Positions 10,551 through 19,918 of a stretch of DNA of 64,000 nt are shown here, piece by piece; position 1 is the first letter of the stretch, and every line of letters begins with the position of its first letter. The DNA is from a virus. The notes beneath the pieces are model-generated. The model was not told where the DNA came from. It made no database searches and saw only the letters and a list, made by a program, of their open reading frames with translations. The position numbers were made by a program, and so were the translations under genes. The stretch covers positions 64,001 through 128,000 of IMG/VR virus record IMGVR_UViG_3300050821_003907; one strand, 5' to 3'.

Positions 10551-12080
10551 GTAAGGTCACCGCTGAAGCAAATTAGGCACTGTGCCCCACCCTGTTCCAA
10601 AATTTCCAGGCATTTCTGACACAAGAACAGGGCACCTGCTTCACCGCAAGAGCACTTAATGTGCAAGCGTACTACAGATGGCTCGCCACAAGGCTTGCCC
10701 TGAGCTACGGCATAAAATTCGCATGGAGGAGCGCTGTCCAGGTCTATTCCTGTAAGCTCTTCAATTTCTATAGTAGTGCTCACGCGTCGTCCACATCTGG
10801 TTGTGCCTTAGGATTAGCGAAGGTTACGTTATTGGCTATCATGTAATCGTACACGCAGTCCTCGCTGCAAAAATGCTGCGTCCCCTGCTCTTCCCATTCG
10901 ATGCAAGGATGTTCGGTAACAGGGCATTGAATATCGCATTGATGGCAAGTGAATACTTCACCTACCTTGCGCATCCACTCACTGCCGCACTCAGGCGTGC
11001 ACACGAACTGTATGCGTTCTCCCGCCATCTTTATCGGATGATAGCCATCTTCAAGAGACTTGGCGCAATTAGCGCACGACAGGTAACCCTCATACGCTTC
11101 CACTAGCCCTCCTCAGGTCGCTTGTCTCCCGGCCACACAGGCTTTACCGTGTCCGTGTCCAGCGTGTAGTCAGGACCGTACTCGTCCTCCACCAATGGTA
11201 GCTTAGGCCCCGTGCCTACCTGACCACCAAGGATAATGCCCTCAGGAAGCTCGTCAAGGCTCGTAGGCGCGTCTACAGGGTCGATGGATAGGTAGGAGTA
11301 GTCCTCATCGTCATCGTTCTCTGGGGGCCTTCCTGGCCCTCCCCAGCCGCTGTAGTCTTCTGGCTTCTCCCTGTACGCACCTTCGTTACGGAAGCCTACA
11401 TCTACACCAGGGTCAGGGTCTACGGTGTAGGGATTAGCCCGGACAGGAGCCTTAGGCTCTTCGAACTCTTCGTCTTCTGCGGAGAACTGCAATTCCTGGC
11501 GCTTGAGCTGGCGCATGATGTCCGCAGGAGACAGGGTTCTCGCGCCATTACCAGATGGACGGCTTGCCTGAGTACTGGGTGCGAGTGCCGCAGGCGCATC
11601 AGCCCCCCAATTCGGAGTCAGCTTGCAGGCATTGGTGGCTTCTCCCAGGCTCACGGCATGCTGCCATGTATCGCCAGGCCCAGGCACGGCTGCACGCAGC
11701 AAGTGAATCTCAGCGAGGCTGGCAGCCTCAGCTTCCGACTCTGCCGTTATTCCCGTGCCGCAGGTGCACGCTGCTATCCACACTTTCCGTTCAACTCCTT
11801 ATGCTCGATTCGTATTCCCGTCACCACGGGCATTCAGCTTGCCAGGAGACGGGAAGTTAAGGCCAATTATCGAATCTTCATGGTCACCTTCGTGACCACT
11901 TTCAAGGCAGCACCTTACGCGGCGCATCACGCCTTTAAGGTCATCCTTCCACGATTCAGTAGCGCACGAAGCATAAGGAGGTGGATACCGCTTGATAATA
12001 GTTACGCCAGTCCTGCACTTCAAGCACAGGATTTGGGCCTTTTTCTTGGAAGTTACGAAACCTTCCTTATTTGCCTGCAC
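10535..12080 (-). other. Run of four small Cys-rich/acidic hypothetical ORFs (10535-10783, 10780-11103, 11103-11783, 11799-12080)
   Basis: Overlapping start/stop codons. CxxC pairs suggest zinc-binding proteins; 10780 has repeated C-x2-C...FCSxxC units. Confidence 0.6.
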
Positions 12081-12150
12081 TCCGGGAAGAATTGCGAGGC
12101 ACCCGCAGGATAGCCTGAAGGTGAAAGCTGAAGGGGTTGCCCTAGCGATT

Positions 12151-12963
12151 TTAGCTCACCCCGTTAAGACGTTCAGGGGCGTACAGGCGCAACAATTCTT
12201 CAGCCCACTGCAATTTATCTGCCACACGCTGACCTGGCGGTTGACGGATGCTCCACAATTCTAGGTTTTCAGGGCGATTGTCATCACGTACACCATTAAT
12301 GTGATGGGGTGATTCGTGAGGCAACAGCTCACGCCCTAGAACGCGCATCAGTACTAGGCGATGTTCTCCTACCTTAACTAGGTCACCTTTAGGACCTCGC
12401 CATTGCCAGGTAATGTACCCATCCGATTCCTTAAGCCTAACAGGACAAGGACAGAGTGAAAGTAGTCCCTGGAACGGTCGTTTAGGGACACTAGTAATTT
12501 TCCGTTCACATCCACACCTAGTGTCCTGCACTAGGTATTCGTGCCCACCCTTAAAGTGCCTAAGGTATTTGATTACCCTGAAGTGGCCTACTAGCGTGCC
12601 CTCCTGCCACCGTGGCGGATTAGCAACACGCTTGCGGACGGGACTACATGCAATACAGCACTTGCTTTTTGCTAGTTTAACGGAAGATAGCAAGCGTGTA
12701 TTTTCGTTCCCGCAATCAGGGCACTCTAGGATTACCTTCAAACCTCCGGGACCATCGGGCAACAGCGCTGCTATTACTCGTTGACCATTCAGATACTCAG
12801 GCACGGGACCTAGCGTCAAGTGCAGTCCCAGCTTAGTTGTCCGATGGTACACCGAATTCGTTGTACGTCCTAGTTTTTGCGCCACTTCGGGCACCGTAAG
12901 CCCCGCACTCACCAGCGAATGCAGATGAGCTTCTTCATCAGGGGTCCAGAGCTTGTACGTCAT
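12151..12963 (-). CDS. HNH homing endonuclease with N-terminal Myb/HTH-like segment
   Basis: EHRLV...GRELLPHESPHHINGVRDDNRPENLELW; N-terminal WTPDEE...KLGRT; paralog of 43679. Confidence 0.85.
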   Translation of the reverse strand: MTYKLWTPDEEAHLHSLVSAGLTVPEVAQKLGRTTNSVYHRTTKLGLHLTLGPVPEYLNGQRVIAALLPDGPGGLKVILECPDCGNENTRLLSSVKLAKSKCCIACSPVRKRVANPPRWQEGTLVGHFRVIKYLRHFKGGHEYLVQDTRCGCERKITSVPKRPFQGLLSLCPCPVRLKESDGYITWQWRGPKGDLVKVGEHRLVLMRVLGRELLPHESPHHINGVRDDNRPENLELWSIRQPPGQRVADKLQWAEELLRLYAPERLNGVS

Positions 12964-12975
12964 AGTGTCATTAGT

Positions 12976-13764
12976 CTACACCTTACGATGAGCCGGAATC
13001 CACTCGCCATTTTCCTCACGGGTAAAGTCTTGCATTAGCTTAGGGACTTCTGTCTTCATGGTTTTCGCGATGGCATCGAATACCAGGCGAATTTCCTCTT
13101 CAGCTCCTGCCGCTGTGCGAACCTCAATAACGTGCCTGAGCGTACGGATGTTGGCTGTCCAGAGAAGAGAAGTGGCTACACCATCAGGCGCAAAACGCCG
13201 CATGAACGAGGTCTTAGCCTTCTTCTCGTGGAATGGAACCCCATCATCGTCCAGCTTGAAGTGCTCGGCCATCCACTTCTGGTGCTTTTCCAGCATGTGC
13301 AGGACCTGAAGAGATTCCTCGTACAGCTCAGGGTCGTCCTTAGCCCATTGCGGCAGCCAGAACGGGATGTCTGTTAGGCGAACGAATCGCATTGACTCCT
13401 GGCTGATAGCGCAGCCAGCGCGATGCCGGACAAGCTCGTGAGTGAAAACACGGCTTACGTTGTGCAAGGCGAATGAGAAATTAGCGTGCTCAACCACGCT
13501 GCCGTGACCGCTCTTGAGGATGTTCTTGAAGTACTCAGCCTTGTCGGTGCGTACCTTGGTGACGTTAGGGTTAAGTCCTGGCTCGAAGGAACGGTAGCAA
13601 AGACGACCACCGAACTCCACCAAGTCCTCAGCATCTGAACCGAACTCATAAAGAGTATCCATCCAGTTTTCGCCACCTACAAGTTCTAGGTAGCGAGCAA
13701 CCTCATCGTAGTCCACCTCAGGCTGGGCAATAAGGAAGACTTCAGGCTCTACGAAACGCGGCAT
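12976..13764 (-). CDS. thyX: FAD-dependent thymidylate synthase
   Basis: GHGSVVEHA, SRVFTHELVRHR...SQESMR (RHRx7SxR), NIRTLRHVIEVR...AEEEIR; start ATG 13764 after AGGAG. Confidence 0.95.
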   Translation of the reverse strand: MPRFVEPEVFLIAQPEVDYDEVARYLELVGGENWMDTLYEFGSDAEDLVEFGGRLCYRSFEPGLNPNVTKVRTDKAEYFKNILKSGHGSVVEHANFSFALHNVSRVFTHELVRHRAGCAISQESMRFVRLTDIPFWLPQWAKDDPELYEESLQVLHMLEKHQKWMAEHFKLDDDGVPFHEKKAKTSFMRRFAPDGVATSLLWTANIRTLRHVIEVRTAAGAEEEIRLVFDAIAKTMKTEVPKLMQDFTREENGEWIPAHRKV

Positions 13765-13772
13765 TCTTACTC

Positions 13773-14228
13773 CTAGTAGAGTGGGTCCTTGCAACCGCCG
13801 TCGCGAACGGCGGTGAACAGCATGTGCCCGAGGGCGTCCCTGGCGTCCTTAAACTTAGGACCGAGCGGGAATTGCACAGCCTTAAGCCGGTTGGTAGTAA
13901 GCCAGGGCTTCATCATAGCGGCAGGTCGCGCATGCCATGTGCACCCTGGAGTGTGTGCGAAGTAAGCCTCAACCATGTTGAGCACGAACCTGGCTACTTC
14001 TGCATCCTTGCCTTTACCACCCGCGCCACGACCTGCTACGAACTTCTCGCCTTGAATGAACCATTCATCCTTAGGGAACAAGCGCATAAGACTGCGTACC
14101 TGAAACTCGACAGTAGAGGCGTGACATTGTACGATTCCGTCTATCGCGGGCTTGTCATTATCACCCTTGTGACCCCAGACTAGGCCAGTGGATGGCCCTA
14201 CATCGATACCAAGATATCTAGTTGTCAC
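13773..14228 (-). CDS. RuvC-like Holliday junction resolvase
   Basis: YLGIDVGPSTG, IQGEKF and DARDALGH give the RNase H-fold acidic residues. Confidence 0.75.
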   Translation of the reverse strand: MTTRYLGIDVGPSTGLVWGHKGDNDKPAIDGIVQCHASTVEFQVRSLMRLFPKDEWFIQGEKFVAGRGAGGKGKDAEVARFVLNMVEAYFAHTPGCTWHARPAAMMKPWLTTNRLKAVQFPLGPKFKDARDALGHMLFTAVRDGGCKDPLY

Positions 14229-14788
14229 AAAAATACTCCTTGTACAGGCAAAATACTACGTATAAATGGTAGTGCATTATCTCGAAAGTACTCATGACCG
14301 CGAATAGGTTGAAATCCGCAATTCCGCAAAAGTATTTTCATGGTGTCTTCTAGTTGGCGTGCACGCGAAAAGTTCTTGTGAATATATACAATTTCGGTAA
14401 AACCGTCACGCTTATGCGTATTTAGCCTATCGGAACCGTTCCCGCTAGTTATACCGAATTTGACTATCTGAGTGTACGGATTACGCACGACGTAAAAAAC
14501 GTCTGAAGGGGTCCGTATACATTGACTACACAGTCCTTGTCGTCTTTGCAGTACAGAGGGCCGTGGAGAACAAAGGTGCTTATTTGCGCACATAACATCG
14601 TGTGGACTAAGTGCCCCCTTCCATTCCTGATATGCACACGTACCTTGCTGTTCTTTAACTGTTAGGCGAAAAGCCGCTTCAGCTGCAAGGGACGACAATT
14701 TCCTACCCGCAGGAGGAGTTCCTGCAAAAGCTACCCTAATAAGGTCAGGATTCTTAATCACACGCTCAGGTGTCACACAGGACCTCAC
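14225..14788 (-). CDS. T5orf172/GIY-YIG-like putative homing endonuclease
   Basis: FYVVRNP...VKFGIT...RL..HKRDGF...LED...GHEYF; visibly AT-richer than its neighbours; paralog of the 32786 C-terminus. Confidence 0.65.
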   Translation of the reverse strand: MRSCVTPERVIKNPDLIRVAFAGTPPAGRKLSSLAAEAAFRLTVKEQQGTCAYQEWKGALSPHDVMCANKHLCSPRPSVLQRRQGLCSQCIRTPSDVFYVVRNPYTQIVKFGITSGNGSDRLNTHKRDGFTEIVYIHKNFSRARQLEDTMKILLRNCGFQPIRGHEYFRDNALPFIRSILPVQGVFL

Positions 14789-14805
14789 ACAGTACTAGTT
14801 CGGAC

Positions 14806-16731
14806 CTAATTGACATGTAGCGGCTCCCCACCAAGCAATTCGCGCACAATGCGTGGGTCCTGAATTAGTTCGCTAAGGTTCTGTGCCTTTTCCTTCAAGG
14901 CCATTCGCACCTTGGACTCGATAGTATTTCGGGCCACCACGTCGATGATGTTCACAGGTTCTAGCTGGCCTCTTCTATGTAGTCGGTCCTCAGACTGTGC
15001 GGCCTGCCAGTAAGCCCATGGGCGCTCCAGGAACACCGCAGTATGTGATTTAGTTAGGGTAATACCCACGCCGCCAGCCTGAGTAGTCACGCACATCAGG
15101 TCAAACTGACCGTCTTGGAAGCCCTGACGAGCAGCCGTGCGCTGCTTCTGGGTCTGTCCACCTACGATGTATGCCACACGATAACCCTCGCGCTCAGCGC
15201 GCTTACCAGCTAGTTCCATGAGCTGACGATGAGGACTGAACGTGACAATGGGACTGCCCTGACTGTCGTCCAGGATTTCCATCAGCACGTCTACCTTCCA
15301 AGATGGTTCCTTCATGTCAACGTGGACCTTGGGAATCATCAAACCGAAGGTTTCGCTCTTAGGGCGGTCGTCTAGCTCTTCAGTAATCGTAACGTCGCAT
15401 GCGGCACTTGCTAGCTGAGACAACCGCTGCATCTGCGCTAGCGTAGACATCACTGGCAACGGCTCATCAGAGTCCGGCAAATGCGCAATCATGTCCTTGG
15501 CCATCTCATCGTAAGCAGCACGCCATGCTGGCGGAATGTCCACTACTCGCGTTGAATACGCCTTGGGCGGAAGGTCTGTAAGAACATCAGTTTTGGACAC
15601 GCGCCGCATCGTGCCCTGCATCAGCGTATAGAACTCTTCCTTAGTATGAGGACTAAGTCCGCTGACGATATCCTGGTAATCAGTTGCCACGAAATCCGCG
15701 TAGCGTTCCTTGTAACGGTCCTGGTTCGGGAACGAGCGAGTGTCGATGATTGTCAACCCACGCCAAAAACCCCTGATGTCCCGCGTAATAGGAGTTCCTG
15801 ACATCAAGATAGCGTTGTCCACTACCTTAGCGATACGACCTGCCGCTACTGATTGCTTGGTAGTGGTGTTGCACAGCGAGTGTGCCTCATCGATGACTAT
15901 GCTCTTAGGTGTCAAGTGCATCAGAAGAGGTGGAAGCTGCTTACTGTTCTTGTCTTCCTCTTCAGGAAGATACGCTTTACCGCAGTGCTTACACCTGTCA
16001 GGGAAACCCGCAACGAACTTAAGGTCACGGTTCTTAGTCCAGCGCACTGACTTAGGAGGGTCACACTCACACCACGCTAGGTGCGGGATGTTCATGTCAG
16101 CCCGGAACACGTCATAAGACATGACGTAGATGTTGTAGCGACTGCTAAGCTTTCGCCTGTTACCCCCGCGATACGCGGCCTTTGACCAGCTAGGGAAGCA
16201 TTCTTCTAGCTCTTCCAGCCACGGGTCTACCACAGAAGCAGGGCACACCACGATAGCAGGAAACGGGTCAATACCTTGTTCGCGCATCTCCGCTAGCGTA
16301 AGGAGAGCAGTGCACGTTTTCCCAGTACCCATATCGTCAGCAAAAAAGAACCGACGATTCATAGCACCTACGAAAGCACCTGCCTCCTGGTGCGGCATAG
16401 GTATACGTTCACCTTCGAACGAAGCCTTAAGCGCACCTTCAGTAGTCCCGCGACGAACTACCTCATCAAATATCCACTGGGTAAGTGCCTGGTCAGGCTG
16501 CCACACGTGTCCACGTGCAGGCAGTGCGTTAGCTAGTTGGCTTACAACTGCCCATGTACAAGGAAGAGTAAGCTCTCCGCTGTCATCGCGCGTCTTTTGA
16601 GGGAGCGCAGTAAGCTGCTTGAACGCAGTTACTATCTCCCCCATCTGCCAGTCTAGGCCCTCAACGCTAAGCCTGATGTCATCCCCGTCAAGTCGTCCAT
16701 GGACGACTCCGGGAGCATAACGCGCGTCCAC
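14806..16731 (-). CDS. SNF2-family (SF2) helicase
   Basis: ADDMGTGKT (I), VIDEAH (II), LMSGTP (III), AGGVGITL (V), QSEDRLHRRGQ (VI); GTG start at 16731 after AAGGAA. Confidence 0.92.
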   Translation of the reverse strand: MDARYAPGVVHGRLDGDDIRLSVEGLDWQMGEIVTAFKQLTALPQKTRDDSGELTLPCTWAVVSQLANALPARGHVWQPDQALTQWIFDEVVRRGTTEGALKASFEGERIPMPHQEAGAFVGAMNRRFFFADDMGTGKTCTALLTLAEMREQGIDPFPAIVVCPASVVDPWLEELEECFPSWSKAAYRGGNRRKLSSRYNIYVMSYDVFRADMNIPHLAWCECDPPKSVRWTKNRDLKFVAGFPDRCKHCGKAYLPEEEDKNSKQLPPLLMHLTPKSIVIDEAHSLCNTTTKQSVAAGRIAKVVDNAILMSGTPITRDIRGFWRGLTIIDTRSFPNQDRYKERYADFVATDYQDIVSGLSPHTKEEFYTLMQGTMRRVSKTDVLTDLPPKAYSTRVVDIPPAWRAAYDEMAKDMIAHLPDSDEPLPVMSTLAQMQRLSQLASAACDVTITEELDDRPKSETFGLMIPKVHVDMKEPSWKVDVLMEILDDSQGSPIVTFSPHRQLMELAGKRAEREGYRVAYIVGGQTQKQRTAARQGFQDGQFDLMCVTTQAGGVGITLTKSHTAVFLERPWAYWQAAQSEDRLHRRGQLEPVNIIDVVARNTIESKVRMALKEKAQNLSELIQDPRIVRELLGGEPLHVN

Positions 16732-16739
16732 TGCGTTCC

Positions 16740-17143
16740 TTAATCGTCCGCGAAGGTGATGGAAACGTCTTCTACGCAAGCGTTCACGGACAAGTCCCGG
16801 AGCCTGTGATTAATTTCGTCTTCGATTTCCAGTGCAGAAGCACCGTAAGAAGTAACGTCTACCGTAAGCGAGTAGATACCTGTTGAACCTTCAGGCATGT
16901 CCGTTCTCATTGGATGTTACGTCCCCACGTGTAAGCCCAGAAGCAGATGATTGCGTAAGGAATTCCTAGCAGTAGCCACCACCAGTCTTCAGTCCAGCCT
17001 GCGATGCCCGCCCCCAGAATCAGGAGGGCCACCGTGGACCAGACTATCAGGTGAGCTATAACGCCGTCAGATACTTTCATATTCCCCCTAAGGGGTGAGG
17101 GACACGGTATTAAGCCACTGTCTTTTACATCCGGTCCTGGCAC
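16740..17143 (-). other. Two small ORFs: 16740-16898 (52 aa) and 16907-17143 (two-TM membrane protein)
   Basis: Read directly; the second has hydrophobic helices VIAHLIVWSTVALLILGAGIAGW and WWWLLLGIPYAIICFWAY. Confidence 0.55.
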
Positions 17144-17168
17144 GCCCGGAATCCCTCACCGTTACTTG

Positions 17169-18023
17169 TTACTGACCGCCGTTGAGCTTGGCCAGCATGA
17201 GCTGCTGGGCCTCAGTCAGGTTACTGTCCGGACCCGGCGCAAACGGAGCGCTAGCAACAGGTACAGGCGGGGCAGGTGCAAAAGTCTGCGGAGCCACCGG
17301 AGCAGAAGGAACAGGAGCCGGAGCAGCCGCCACAGGCGGAGCCGTAGGGAGCGGAGCAGCCTGCGGGGCTGCTACCGGAACCTCGACCTGAACCTGAGCG
17401 GGAGTGCCACCCTGCGGCGGGTACAGCGTCACCTGGTAAAGCTTAGTGGCACTGAATCCCGGACGGTTGCTGGCCTTTTCGCCAGCACTCATCATGATGA
17501 TGCGCGTTCCGCCAGTGAGGTCCCGGATTCCGGCAGCCGCCATGGCACGAGCGAACTCGTCCTTAAGCGCTCCCTTAACCCAGATGGTGCCCGCACCATC
17601 GGTGAAGATGGAGCCGTGCGTGCCATCGGAAGAACCCGTAATGGTGACGGGAACGATGAGTACGAACTTCGGGCGACCGTCCTTGTACGCCTGCGGGATG
17701 CCGTTGATGTCCGTCTGCTGACGGGTGTCACTGTGGAGAAGGTCACGGGAAACGACCATGTCAAGCCATGAACCCTGAACCTTCCCGTTGAAGTACTTGG
17801 TGACACCGGCTCCGCCGCCGGTTACGCTAGGCTGGTCCCAGAAGTCTTCCAGGGTGCCGCGAGCGAGAACAGGCTCGGGAGCTGCTGCCTGCTGTACAGG
17901 CTGTGCGAACTGGGGCTGAGGCGCGTACTGAGGCTGAAACTGCGGCTGCTGGAATTGGGCCTGGGGAGCGGCAGGGGCCTGGGGTGCGTAGTACTGGGGC
18001 TGCTGGTACTGGGGCTGGTTCAT
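17169..18023 (-). CDS. Putative single-stranded DNA-binding protein with Q/P/A-rich tails
   Basis: Core RQQTDING.P..YKDGRPKFVLIVPV...IWVKG...KLYQV resembles actinophage SSB-like proteins; located in the recombination/replication block. Confidence 0.5.
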   Translation of the reverse strand: MNQPQYQQPQYYAPQAPAAPQAQFQQPQFQPQYAPQPQFAQPVQQAAAPEPVLARGTLEDFWDQPSVTGGGAGVTKYFNGKVQGSWLDMVVSRDLLHSDTRQQTDINGIPQAYKDGRPKFVLIVPVTITGSSDGTHGSIFTDGAGTIWVKGALKDEFARAMAAAGIRDLTGGTRIIMMSAGEKASNRPGFSATKLYQVTLYPPQGGTPAQVQVEVPVAAPQAAPLPTAPPVAAAPAPVPSAPVAPQTFAPAPPVPVASAPFAPGPDSNLTEAQQLMLAKLNGGQ

Positions 18024-18049
18024 TAGATGAACTAATCCTTGTCTTTAGA

Positions 18050-18115
18050 GTGAACTGCGTATGGCGGTCTTACTGCCTCATGCCTTACTGCGTCGGCTTA
18101 ACTGCCTTACTGCGA
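18050..18115 (-). repeat. Cluster of GCAGT(A/T)AG repeats in the untranslated leader of the SSB-like gene
   Basis: On the + strand, CTTACTGC occurs at about 18069, 18084 and 18106, with variants CTTAACTGC at 18097 and GAACTGC at 18052. Confidence 0.7.
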
Positions 18116-18237
18116 CCTGGCTGACTGGCTTTTGTACGCGCCTCTTAAGTTGTCCTCAAGGGGTCTCCCTCTTGGGTACTCCATAACTCTACCACGAGGT
18201 TCGGAGTGCTTGTCTCACGTTGTCGAGGTAAAGTACG

Positions 18238-18402
18238 TCACTCGTTGTCAGGATGACGCTTCCTCAGCAGGTAACCGTACTCCCACGAGTTGATGCAGTC
18301 CTGGCAGTCCACGCCGTCAACGACCTGAACCGCGTTCTCCAGGGTGACATCGCGCCCGCAGGCGCTGAAGTCGTTCTTTCGAGTGCGCGCTAGATGCATC
18401 AT
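18238..18402 (-). CDS. Small Cys-containing hypothetical protein (54 aa)
   Basis: MMHLARTRKNDFSACGRDVTLENAVQVVDGVDCQDCINSWEYGYLLRKRHPDNE. Confidence 0.5.
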   Translation of the reverse strand: MMHLARTRKNDFSACGRDVTLENAVQVVDGVDCQDCINSWEYGYLLRKRHPDNE

Positions 18403-18404
18403 GG

Positions 18405-19058
18405 CTAGTAACCCTTGGCCGCTAGGTACTGCGAGAACTGCACCCAGTTCGAGGCAATCATCTGCTGGGCCGTGGCAAGCGGGACCGCGCCGTCACAGAC
18501 AGCCCTATGTGCCCTGTTCTCTACCGCGTCCTTGTCGTTGTTGACACCGCCATGCTTGTCCGCAGCACCTTTAGGCTCTGGCCACAGGTTCTGCTCTACA
18601 GACGCGCCGCCTAGCTCAAGGGAAACCAGGTGGTCCAGCTCTGTGGTGCTGCCGCTGCCGTCGTAACCGTATGCAGGATAGGCAATGTCATACTTGAACT
18701 TATTAGTAAGCGATGCGGGCGGTCGTACTGATGCACTGTAACCGGGCACGCAAATGGTTTGCTGGATGTTAGCCTGCGTCACATCACTGGCCACTGCGCC
18801 AGGAGTGCACTGACTGTCCGGCAGCGGCTCACCTTGGAACATGCCAAAGTGACAACTACCAGGAGTTACCGGAGTCAGGACGAGAGAGTCCCCGTTACCT
18901 TGCACCGTAACTAGACCTGAAGTAGCTGGAGATGGTGTAGTGGCTGAAGGCACTGGGAGATAAGGCTTAGGGGAATAGTGTTGTGGTGTGTAACCGCAAG
19001 CGCTGAGTGCTATTACGCCTGACGTTAGCAGTATTCCGCCTGCTATCTTTACCTTCAT
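18405..19058 (-). CDS. Lipoprotein with HNH-like (ELDH...LELGG...NLWPEP) domain
   Basis: Signal peptide with lipobox (VIALSA-C), then a Pro/Thr linker, then TPGA...ICVPGY...VRPP...ELDHLVSLELGG...NLWPEP...KDAVEN; ATGA overlap with the upstream gene. Confidence 0.75.
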   Translation of the reverse strand: MKVKIAGGILLTSGVIALSACGYTPQHYSPKPYLPVPSATTPSPATSGLVTVQGNGDSLVLTPVTPGSCHFGMFQGEPLPDSQCTPGAVASDVTQANIQQTICVPGYSASVRPPASLTNKFKYDIAYPAYGYDGSGSTTELDHLVSLELGGASVEQNLWPEPKGAADKHGGVNNDKDAVENRAHRAVCDGAVPLATAQQMIASNWVQFSQYLAAKGY

Positions 19059-19903
19059 CCCTTGACCGCCGTTCCGGGGCACCCTACTACTGTCGGGTCA
19101 GAAGCAGCCTGCGGGCGGAACAACGGGCAGTAGAAGCAGTCTTCGTACGAAGGAGTCATGGGCACGTCCCAAATAGACATGCGACCCTCGTTTACCTCTA
19201 CGGCTACAGCTTCGCGAACTTCAGTCTTGGCCAGCACGTCCTTGATTAGCTCGAAATCCTCAGCGGTTATGATGTGCTCCCACACATAGCCTTCTTCAAG
19301 GGAAGACTTGGTGCGCGGCCATGACACGAGGACTACACGGTCAACTCGCTGGCCAAGGTACATGTAACCGATTGCGTACAAGAGCATCTGAATGTAATAA
19401 TGCTGAGGAGGACCGTGTCGTCGCAGCTTGTCACGCGGACCTTCACCCTGGCACTTGTGGTCTACAAGCGAGAACGTGTCGCTGTCGTACAAGTCAGCGG
19501 TACCGGGATGCGATTGCAGCGCGCTAGGGTCAGGGCAGACCCTAGTCTCTGTCTTCCAGCGCTCCCTGTATGCACGCTCAACCAGGTGCTCCTTGTTGTC
19601 CCAGTCAAAAGCCTGCTCAAGGAACGCATGGATGGCAGTGCCGACCATGGAAGCCCACGGGTCAGAGACGTGATTGTCTGAGTGCACCTTGTGACCGGAC
19701 ATCTTGGCGACAAGAAGCCGGTCACACTCATGCCCTAGCTCACTAGGCCCCAAGTGACGCTGAACGTTTCGCGGAAGCCGGTTGGCGTAGTTAACAGCGA
19801 CGCCCTTAAGCTCACGCCAGTATGCTTGCGCCCACATTGAGTTGCCGTTGAGAACGGCTGGCGTAGCGTCTGCGAAAAAAGACGACGGATTCGTGGTCGG
19901 CAT
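19055..19903 (-). CDS. Cas4-like PD-(D/E)xK exonuclease
   Basis: GPSELGHECDR, GTAIH, GTADLYD, LVDHKC, QMLLYAIG and C-terminal CFYC...C give a four-Cys Cas4-like arrangement. Confidence 0.85.
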   Translation of the reverse strand: MPTTNPSSFFADATPAVLNGNSMWAQAYWRELKGVAVNYANRLPRNVQRHLGPSELGHECDRLLVAKMSGHKVHSDNHVSDPWASMVGTAIHAFLEQAFDWDNKEHLVERAYRERWKTETRVCPDPSALQSHPGTADLYDSDTFSLVDHKCQGEGPRDKLRRHGPPQHYYIQMLLYAIGYMYLGQRVDRVVLVSWPRTKSSLEEGYVWEHIITAEDFELIKDVLAKTEVREAVAVEVNEGRMSIWDVPMTPSYEDCFYCPLFRPQAASDPTVVGCPGTAVKG

Positions 19904-19918
19904 GAATGTAAGTGTAAC

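Noticed and set aside
19055-19903. Cas4-like gene as part of a CRISPR-Cas locus
   Set aside because: No repeat-spacer array or other cas genes; solo Cas4-like exonucleases are normal in actinophage recombination modules.
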